NCBI GenBank assembly: GCA_038087875.1
Contig: CM075987.1
Span: forward strand, 23,190,001 to 23,254,000
Length of the DNA: 64,000 bases
From: Malacoraja senta
Lineage: Eukaryota
Direction of reading: 5' to 3'
Part shown: positions 54,635 through 64,000 of the stretch, in pieces
How the letters are laid out: every line of letters begins with the position of its first letter
How positions within the stretch are numbered: the stretch's first letter is position 1
The notes under the pieces: model-generated
Database searches by the model: none
Told to the model about the DNA's origin: nothing
Seen by the model: only the letters and a program-made list of their open reading frames with translations
Translations under genes and position numbers: made by a program

Positions 54635-55671
54635 AGAAAAGTCATGCAGGAAGGAGGAGGGCTGAGGGGGTGGGGGGGGGGGGAGGGGGGTGGGCGCAAA
54701 CAGAGCAAGCAGGAAAAGATGCGGCAGGTGTCAGGACCAGAGCCCATTGCTCTATCCTCTCTTGTCATTGCTCGGGGCAGAATGTACCTATGATGGGAGC
54801 TTCTTCAGAAACCAGACTCATAATGGCCTTTAGTCTTCACCTACGTCGATGGAAGAATGGGACAAGTCCTTCTTCTCTGATCCCGTCATATAAATAAAGT
54901 CCATTACCTGCACCTTTGATAAATCTCCCCTGCAGCCTCTCCAAAGTCAAGACATCTTCTCTAAAACAGAGTGTTGTGAACTGGACACAGTGCTCTAGTG
55001 ATGGCTAGTCTTCGGCCTTCAATAAGGAGTGCCAATGGTAACTAGAGCACCTTGGTTGTGACGTTGGGGCCAGACAGCCCTACAGGTACAATGGTTGGAG
55101 GGTACGATCACTGGGAGGGAGCTTCAGTGGCCTGGAATCGTCACGTCCAAGGTCCCAATATTGATACTCCCCGGGAGAATGACGTCGGTTCTGGGTAGAC
55201 ATAGCTGTAATGGGAGAGACTTGGGAGCGTTTTGCTCTAGTACGCCGTGCAAAGGGATCTCCAGTGGCCTCTTAGTGGGGTGGCCATGGAGATCTTCCAC
55301 ACCTTTCCCCACCCCTCTACCCAGCCATCCCTCTCCTCAACCAACTAACTGCAAGAGCCTGCACTGCACAAATGGGTAGCTCAGACGCAAGTGGGTGAAG
55401 ATCTTGAGACTCACTGCCAAAGCTCAGAGGATAGGGAGTGGGGGAGTCTGCAGACTGGTAGATGACTCTTCACAGCACAGTGAGATAGGAAGAGACTAGG
55501 GGGGGGAGGGCATGGATAGCAGAGGAAGATCAGGGCTGGTGTCAATGAGGTGCCTAGACTGTGTGTCACCCAGTCACTAGCAAATGATGCTTGTTATTTA
55601 CACCATTTTATGACCGTCATCTACGTTGACTTAAAAACAAAAGGCATCCTAGTCAATGGGCAGATCTGACG

Positions 55672-56412
55672 CACACTGACCCTCACTGGGGTACAGGTCC
55701 CACACTCACACACACACTGACCCTCACTGGGGTACAGGTCCCACACTCACACACACACACACACTGACTCTCACTGGGGTACAGGTCCCACACACACACA
55801 CACACACACTGACTCTCACTGGGGTACAGGTCCCACACACACACACACACACTGACTCTCACTGGGGTACAGGTCCCACACACACTGACTCTCACTGGGG
55901 TACGGGTCCCACACACACACACAAACACACACATTGACCCTCACTGGGGTACAGGTCCCACACACACACTGACCCTCACTGGGGTACAGGTCCCACACAC
56001 ACACTGACTCTCACTGGGGTACAGGTCCCACACACACACTGACTCTCACTGAGGTACAGGTCCCACACACACACACACACACTGACTCTCACTGAGGTAC
56101 AGGTCCCACACACACACACACACACTGACCCTCACTGAGGTACAGGTCCCACACACACACACACACTGACCCTCACTGGGGTACAGGTCCCACACACACT
56201 GACCCTCACTGGGGTACAGGTCCCACACACACACACACACACTGACCCTCACTGGGGTACAGGTCCCACACACACACACTGATTCTCACTGGGGTACGGG
56301 TCCCACACACACACACTGACCCTCACTGGGGTACAGGTCCCACACACACACACACACACACTGACCCTCACTGGGGTACAGGTCCCACACACACACACTG
56401 ACCCTCACTGGG
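55672..56412. repeat. Same minisatellite, about 19 units
   Basis: Same core with array-specific variants (gactctc, ctgagg). Confidence 0.97.
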
Positions 56413-56594
56413 TGTGGATTGTGCAGTGTCTGGGTAGAAATAACCGACTGTGTGAGTGTGACTGAGATGAGCAAAGCAAGGGTGACAGTACTGGGCAGCC
56501 AGGTGGGAGAGATCCAGCCTGAGGCAGGTACGGGGGGCAGTTGTGGTGGTGGGGGTGGGGGGGGGGGGGGGATGGGGGTGGTCTAACCACTTAC

Positions 56595-56663
56595 CAGGGC
56601 ACCTCGCTTGTACTGACTATACCATGCACCAGGTTGCTCTTTCGGCCAGCGAGCCATTTTGCT
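56595..56663 (-). CDS. COL5A1: Collagen C-propeptide alternative exon 64B-like (SKMARWPKEQPGAWYSQYKRGAL)
   Basis: 69 nt, phase 0/0, tttacag acceptor and gtaagt donor; paralogous to the neighbouring exon. Not in the ORF track. Confidence 0.9.
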
Positions 56664-56715
56664 CTGTAAAATACGAGACTGGTTACAGAGCAGAAAGGAG
56701 GCAATGCCCGCTTAC

Positions 56716-56784
56716 CAGTTTACCACGCTTGAATTCACTGAACCAGGAGCCTGGTATTTCCTTGGGCCAAGCAGTGACTCTTGC
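56716..56784 (-). CDS. COL5A1: Collagen C-propeptide alternative exon 64A-like ([23 protein letters not shown])
   Basis: 69 nt, phase 0/0, cag acceptor and gtaag donor. Confidence 0.92.
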
Positions 56785-57035
56785 CTGATGTGAGACGAGA
56801 TGGCAAAGGAAAAAAGGAAAAGAAGTTAATGTGGAAACTAACAGTCCGAGGATCCACTGGCGAGCTGAAGAACGACGCAACTCGCTGGAGATGGTAATCA
56901 GTGGCCCAGTCACTGAGCCTTGATGCTACTGGTGTTTAGGGTGCGGACGTCATAGTCCTTGTCACTCTGACCCGCACTGGGGTACCGGTCCCACACACAC
57001 ACTGACCCTCGCTGGGATATGGGTCCCACACACGC

Positions 57036-57325
57036 ACGGCACGGTGGCGCAGCGGTAGAGTTGCTGCCTTACATCCCCAGAGACCCGGGTTCGATCCCGA
57101 CCACGGGTGCTTGTCTGTACGGAGTTTGTACCTTCTCCCCGTGACCTGTGTGGGTTGTCTCCGAGATCTTCGGTTTCCTGACCACCCTCCAAAGACGTAC
57201 AGGTTTGCAGGTTAATTGGCTTGGTATTATTGCAAATTGGGGTACGATAGTGTTAGTGTGGGCGGAGTGGGCTCGTTGGTCCGAAGGGGCTGTTTCTGCA
57301 CTGTTTCTCCAAACTAAACCTAAAT
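57036..57325 (+). mobile_element. V-SINE
   Basis: Head, V-domain and tail. Confidence 0.8.
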
Positions 57326-58152
57326 GAGTAAACTGGCTCCATGCAATCTCACACTCACTGAGGAACAGCCTCCAACACTCTGCCCCTCACTGGGAAGAGG
57401 CTCCTCAAGCATTCTTTCTCACTGGCCCTCTGACACTAAAGGCCCCCCCTGGGATGAAGGCACTCTCCCTGGCTTTGTTGCAGGTTTGCAGCAACTGCGG
57501 CCCTTTCAGTGACTGTCCCTGGGGTTTGAGGTCCGTGCACGGCCTCCTGCTGGAGTATCCGCAAGCTTCCTACCCGCAGGCCTCAGCCCAAGTTAGCCAG
57601 GGTGGGAGAATCACAGAGTGGTACAGCGGGGAAACAGGCCCTTCGGCCTTGAGAGTCCGCGATGACCAACTATTCCCCATTGACACTAATCCCGCTTCAT
57701 TCTCCCCACATTCTCGGCAACTCCCCACACACTATACCGCTCACTCACCCACCCACTCAGAGCAAACCACAGCAGCCAATTAATCGACCAACCCGCAGGT
57801 CTTTGGCATGTGGGAGGAAACTGGAGCACCCAGGGAGAACATGCAAACTCCAACCAGCTGGCTATCACACACCGTGGAAGGTTGGGAGATAAGCCCAGTC
57901 CCCATCTGATATCCACTGGGATGTGCAGAGAAGAACCAGGATTCCCGTTTGATGGCCCAACACTCGGTTGGTTCAGCTTAGTGGACTTAGTGGGCCGAAG
58001 GGCCTGTTTCCATGTTGTACCTCTAAAATCACATCTAAAACAAATTGACCTCAGGAAGCTGGGTGGGCTATACGGCCCAAACTTATCAATGGTGCTGAAG
58101 TCGAGATGGGCGAGAGTTTGGCCAGGGTGCTTTGCTGAGACTAATGGTGCCA

Positions 58153-58370
58153 AGGGCCTGTCCCACTTTCACCACCTAATTCACCACCTTTTTTACTCGT
58201 GGACATTTTTCATCAGGCTAGAAAAAACGCCCCGACCTACTTGATGCCACGAGTACCTACGACTAGCATCACGGCCTACCTACGACCTCCTACGACCTCG
58301 TGACGACCATGCTGCGAGTACGAGTCACGGCAGAGGTCGTGAATTAGGTCGTGAAAGTGGGACAGGCCCT
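58153..58370. mobile_element. Harbinger-type MITE (same subfamily as 13543)
   Basis: Near-identical internal sequence and TIRs. Confidence 0.85.
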
Positions 58371-59189
58371 TTACTAACCAGTCATTGTGGAGGTCTGCAT
58401 GGGGAAAGTTCCATGGCATTTATTGAATGGCTGAGGATCGATGGGATGTCTAGTCTATGATTTGTACCCTGGGGAAAAATCCTAAATTGAAGGATTTCAT
58501 TTCACAGGTTCGATTTTTAAATGGAGTGTTCAAATATAACACTTTTTTTTTATAGATTACCTGGTCATCAGGAAAGGGCCTGAAATCTGATTCCATTGAC
58601 TCGAACACAAATTAAAATTTGGGCAGTTCTGTCACTTGAGATAGCCGTGACATGCCAGGGCAACCATTCAAAATCTATGCGAGAGTCAATAGTCGTACAG
58701 CATGGAAACAGGCCCTTCGGCCCAACTTCCCCACGCCAATGTTTAAATGTTGTGGTAGTACCTGCCTCAACTACCTCCTTTGGCAGCTCATTCCATACAC
58801 CCACCACCCCCCTTTGTGTGAAACAGTTGACCCTCACCTTAAACCCACGTCCTCTGGTTTTGGATTCAACTACTCTGGGTAAAAGACTGAGCATTTACTT
58901 ATAAGTTAACTTACGAGTTTAAATAATGTGATATACAATGCTCAGTCTTTTAATAAATTCAATGAGTTAACATAATGTGATATACAGGGTAAATACCTGA
59001 AAAAGTTGCCTCTCAGGTGCCTACTCAATCTTTCCCCTCTCACCTTAAACCTCTCTCCTCTGGTTCTTGATTCCCCTACCCTGGGGTGAAAGAGTGAGCA
59101 TTTACACTGTATATCACATTGATTTAGTTCTTCTAAGGTTGCATCAATATGAATTAAAAACATTACAATCACAGTAAAGTCCTTTGTAA

Positions 59190-59464
59190 GTAGACAAAAA
59201 TGCTGGAGAAACTCAGCGGGTGAGGCAGCATCTATGGAGCGAAGGAAATAGGCAACGTTTCGGGCCGAAACCCTTGGGTTTCGGCCCAAAACGTTGCCTA
59301 TTTCCTTAAGGGTTATTTCCTTAAGGGTTGCCTATTCCCTTAAGGGTTTCGGCCCGAAACGTTGCCTATTCCCTTCGCTCCACAGATGCTGCCTCACCCG
59401 CTGAGTTTCTCCAGCATTTTTGCCTACCTTCGATTTTCCAGCATCTTGCAGTTCCTTCTTAAAC
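59190..59464. mobile_element. Penelope-derived hairpin element, cassette flipped relative to the tail
   Basis: Direct repeat aaagtcctttgtaagt at 59176-59191 and 59465-59480; inserted about 45 nt from a collagen exon donor. Confidence 0.8.
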
Positions 59465-59507
59465 AAAGTCCTTTGTAAGTTGACAAGAGATTAGGACAGA
59501 GACTTAC

Positions 59508-59620
59508 TCCTTCTGATTTCTTGTCCGGGTAGACGCACGTTTCGCCTCCAGATGTGAAGTTACAGAGGACCTTGAAGGAGTCTCTGGAGCAGCCCTGGTT
59601 TGGATCAATCCAGTATTCAC
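59508..59620 (-). CDS. COL5A1: Collagen C-propeptide (COLFI) exon, (G)[37 protein letters not shown]
   Basis: 113 nt, cag acceptor and gtaagt donor; phase continues the preceding exon. Confidence 0.93.
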
Positions 59621-61535
59621 CTGTCAGGGAGGGAAGAAAGAAACATCCAGTTGAGAGGACTCAGTGCGCCGCTGTGTGGAAGAAGTGCCGTGATAAAGGG
59701 CGGCACCATAACCACCTGCCTCGTTATTAGTTTAGTTTAGAGATGCAGTGTGGAAACAGGCCCTTTGTCCGCACCGACTAACGATCCACATACACTAGTG
59801 CTATCCTACACACTATGGACATTCTGTGGAATTCTCTGCCTGAGAGGGCGGTGGAGGCAGGTTCTCTGGATGCTTTCAAGAGAGAACTAGATAGGGCTCT
59901 TAAAAATAGCGGAGTCAGGGGATATGGGGAGAAGGCAGGAACGGGGTACTGATTGGGGATGATCAGCCATGATCACATTGAATGGCGGTGCTGGCTCGAA
60001 GGGCCGAATGGCCTAATCCTGCGCCTATTGTCTATTGGCTATTGACATCTTACAATTCTTACCAAAGCCATTAACCTACAGATGTCTATGTCTTTGGGAT
60101 GTGGGAGGAAACCGGAGCACCTGGCGAAAACCCACTCGGTCACGGGGAGAACGTACAGACGCCGTACAGACAGCACCCGTAGTCAGGATCAAACCCGGGT
60201 CTCTGGCGCTGTAAGGCAGCAACTCTACCGCTGCGCCACCACGCCTCTTGTTATCTTGCCCCATTCTCCTCACTGCCATCTAATGATGTTTGATCTCACT
60301 CTGTCCAATGTCCAGTTGAACCTCACTGTAAAATGATTTGTTGAACACACACCATCTCATGATCTGTTGTACTTGATACTATTTAATACCTGTTGAACAC
60401 CTAGTGTCCAATGGCCTATTGTATCGCATTGAATTAAATCTACTCTAAAGCCTCATGACCTAGGCAATGATCAGTTGAACCTCATCTCGTCCAGTGAATT
60501 CTCGGACCTCTATGTCGACTGACTTGCAGGATACATTCGGGTCTCGACCCGAAACGCCACCTATTCCTTTTCTCCAGAGATGCTGCCTGACCTGCTGAGT
60601 TACTCCAGAATGTATGTCCATCTTCCCAATCCAATGTCAAATTCTATATGATACCATGGATCATCAGAATATTGGATCATGAGTTATTCCGCAAGTCAAG
60701 TGAGCAATAAAAATCGATCGAGGTTGATATCTAGCCTAACCTCATCCTCCTGTAACATGTGTGATAACAGTCTCAGTTAAAGTCTCCATTTGAATTCAGC
60801 TTCGAGAGATTGTTAAAGGGGAGGGATACAGATTCTCACTACCCGTGCAACAAATATCTCCTGCCATTACCCCTGAAAAACCTTCCAGGGCTGGTGGGTG
60901 GAGGCAGATACGATGGAGGCTTTTAAGAGGCTTTTTGGATAGGCACATGGATATGCAGGGAATGGAGGGATACGGATCACGTACAGGTAGTGATTAGCAG
61001 AAGATAGACACAAAAATGCTGGAGCAGCTCAGCAGGACAGGCAGCATCTCTGGAGAGAAGGAGTGGGTGACGTTTCGGGTCGAGGCCCTTCTTCAGACTC
61101 AGACTCTTCAGGGTCTCGACCCGAAAACATCACCCGTTCCTTCTCTCCAGAGATGCTGCCTGTCCCGCTGAGTGACCCCAGCTTTTTGAGTCTATCTTCG
61201 GTTTAAACCAGCATCTGCAGTTCCTTCCTACACTGGAGATGAGTAGAACTTGGATTGATGTTTGGTGGTGGACATTGTGGATCGAGGGGACTGTTCCTGT
61301 CTTGTACTCTTCTATGTTGTTAACATTACCGACTCCCTTTCCCCTGAGGAAAGGGCCCATCTCCATTGACCCTGTCGCAGTTTATGAGGATCTCCCTTCG
61401 ATCCTCTCCAGGATCCGCTGCTGTGTAAGGGAGTACCCGTCAAGGCAAGCTGCCCTCATTATTGCTGTAAAATGGGTGCCTTGGGTGTGAGGCTGGTGTT
61501 ATTGCAGAGATACAGAGCCGGCGTTCTCGGCCTAC

Positions 61536-61794
61536 CATCGGGGAAGTCGGGGTGGCAGAGATACAGGTCCTTGCAGGTCCGTGCAGGGTTGTTCTGGGTG
61601 CCCATGGGGTGCTTCATCTGTTCTATCTCCAGCTTCAGCGAGTTCAGGGAACCAAAGATCTCCTCCATGCCATCGGCGTAATCCAGGTAATTCTCCGGGT
61701 TCCCTTCTTCTAAAAATTGGCTCGCATCTATGGAACGTTTCGCTCTCCTTGCCGAGTGGTACGGGAGTGATTGAATGACCTCTCCAGTTCGACC
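61536..61794 (-). CDS. COL5A1: Fibrillar collagen (alpha-1(V)-like) C-telopeptide/C-propeptide joining exon
   Basis: [86 protein letters not shown](G). AG/GT boundaries, 259 nt, furin-type RAKR site. The symbol is the best match; a COL5A3 or COL11A2 ohnolog is not excluded. Confidence 0.92.
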
Positions 61795-62118
61795 CTGGGG
61801 ATGAATCCAATTATTTACTTTTAGTAAAACAGAATGGGCAATGGTTCAGTAATGCCTTTTGCCGTGCGTTGGACAGAGAGAGACTCATAAACCACATTCA
61901 GAGACTGGCGAACATTCACAGCAATTGCCTGTTCTTAACCAAGGCTGAAACACAGATGAGAAGCTGAGGTCCACGTTGGGAGAAACACCAGTTGCAGTTT
62001 AGTTTATTGTCACGTGTATCGAGGTACAGTGGAAAGCTTCTGTTCCGTGCCATCCAGTCAGCGGAAACACAACACATGATTACAATCGATCCATTTACAC
62101 CGCAGAGATGAATGATAA

Positions 62119-63028
62119 AACACAAAGCTGGGTGGCAGTGTGAACTGTGAGGAGGATGCTATGAGAATGCACGGTGACTTGGACAGGTTGGGGGAGCGGG
62201 CAGATGCACGGCAGATGAAGTTTAATGCGGATAAATGTGAGGTTATCCACTTTGGTGGCAAAACAGGAAGGCAGATTGCTATCTAAATGGCGTCAAGTTG
62301 GAATAAAGGGGAAGAACAACGGGATCTGGGGGTCCTTGTTCATCAGTCTATGAAAGTAAGCATGCAGGTACAGCAGGCAGTGAAGAAAGCGAATGGCATG
62401 TTGGCCTTTATAACAAGAGGAATCGAATATAGGAGCAAAGAGGTCCTTCTGCAGTTGTACAGAGCCCTAGTGAGACTACACCTGGAGTATTGTGTGCAGT
62501 TTTGGTCCCCTAATTTGAGGAAGGACATTCTTGCTATTGAGGGAGTGCAGCGTAGGTTTACAAGGTTAACTCCCGGGATGGCGGGACTGTCATATGCTGA
62601 GAGAATGGAGCAGCTGGGCTTGTACACTCTGGAGTTTAGAGGATCTCATTGAAACATATAAGATTGTTAAGGGTTTGGACACGCTAGAGGCAGGGAACAT
62701 GTTCCCGATGTTGGGGGAGCCCAGAACCAGGGGCCACAGTTTAAGAATAAGGAGTAAGCCATTTAGAACGGAGACAAGGAAACACTTTTTCTCACCGAGA
62801 GTGGTGAGTTTGTGGAATTCTCTGCCCCAGAGGGCGGTGGAGGCAGGTTCTCTGGATGCTTTCAAGAGAGAGCTAGATAGGGCTCTTAAAAATAGCGGAG
62901 TCAGGGGATATGGGGAGAAGGCAGGAACGGGGTACTGATTGGGGATGATCAGCCATGATCGCATTGAATGGCGGTGCTGGCTGGAAGGGCCGAATGGCCT
63001 ACTCCTGCACCTATTGTCTATTGTCTAT
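62119..63028 (+). mobile_element. 5'-truncated CR1 inserted into a Rex1/Babar-type LINE end
   Basis: ORF2 C-terminal remnants with frameshift; tgataa TSD at 62113-62118 and 63029-63034; host LINE at about 61995-62118 and 63029-63372 on the minus strand. Confidence 0.85.
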
Positions 63029-63376
63029 TGATAAGGGAATAACGTTTAGTGCAAGGTAAAGCCAGCAAAAAATCTGATCAAGGATAGTCCGAGGGTCACC
63101 GATGAGACAGATAGTAGTTCAGCACTGCTCTCTGGTTGTGGTAGGATGGTTTAGCTGCCTGATAACAGCTGGGAAGAAACTGTCCCTGAATCTGGAGGTG
63201 TGCGTTTTCACACTTCTGTACCTTTTGTCTGATGGGAGAGGGGAGAAGAAGGAGTGGCCGGGGTGCGACTCGTCTGTGATTATGTCGAGGCAGCGTGAGG
63301 TATAAATGGAGTCAATGGAAGGGAGGTTGGTTTGTGTGATGGTCTGGGCTGCGTCCACGATTTGCTGCAATGAATG

Positions 63377-64000
63377 AGTTTGAGTATAGGAGCAGTGAGG
63401 TTCTACTGCAGTTGTACAGGGTCTTGGTGAGACCACACCTGGAGTATTGCGTACAGTTTTGGTCTCCAAATCTGAGGAAGGACATTATAGCCATAGAGGG
63501 AGTGCAGAGAAGGTTCACCAGACTGATTCCTGGGATGTCAGGACTTTCATATGAAGAAAGACTGGATAGACTTGGCTTATACTCGCTAGAATTTAGGAGA
63601 TTGAGAGGGGATCTTATAGAAACGTACAAGATTCTTATGGGGTTGGACAGGCTAGATGCAGGAAGATTGTTCCCGATGTTGGGGAAGTCCAGGACAAGGG
63701 GTCACAGCTTAAGGATAAGGGGAAAATCCTTTAAGACCGAGATGAGGAAAAACTTTTTCACACAGAGAGTGGTGAATCTCTGGAACTCTCTGCCACAGAG
63801 GGTAGTTGAGGCCAGTTCATTGGCTATATTTAAGAGGGAATTAGATGTGGCCCTTGTGGCTAAAGGGATCAGGGGGTATGGAGAGAAGGCAGGTACGGGA
63901 TACTGAGTTGGATGATCAGCCATGATCGTATTGAATGGCGGTGCAGGCTCGAAGGGCCGAATGGCCTACTCCTGCACCTAATTTCTATGTATCTATGTAT
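63377..64000 (+). mobile_element. 5'-truncated young CR1
   Basis: Uninterrupted ORF2 C-terminus (63370-63906) and 3' tail. Confidence 0.9.

Noticed and set aside
63370..63906. 178-aa ORF as a host gene
   Set aside because: It is the C-terminus of CR1 ORF2 in a 5'-truncated copy.

Overview
Vertebrate genomic DNA, most likely from a cartilaginous fish (skate or ray). This is inferred from the repeat content: HE1-type V-SINEs, CR1, Penelope-like, Rex1/Babar and Harbinger-type MITEs. There are two 200-N gaps (19073-19272 and 54435-54634). Two host genes lie on the minus strand. (1) C-propeptide exons of a clade-B fibrillar collagen closest to COL5A1 (61536-61794, 59508-59620), including both 69-nt alternative exons 64A and 64B, which are only 52 nt apart. 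(2) The last three coding exons of a noelin/olfactomedin gene (18316-18534, 15762-15866, 7680-8354). Two of these carry 1-nt deletions that are probably assembly errors, and the protein does not map cleanly to OLFM1, 2 or 3. Most other tracked ORFs are transposon debris. The most interesting signals are RNA structures in small mobile elements. Two short TSD-flanked retroelements begin with HDV-like ribozyme folds: one at 22145-22287 is minimal and well paired, and one at 49761-49955 has a core nearly identical to the mammalian CPEB3 ribozyme as I recall it. There are also Penelope-derived hairpin elements whose central cassette occurs in both orientations, and minimal hammerhead motifs in related Penelope ends. 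All comparisons to known sequences are from memory and by eye.
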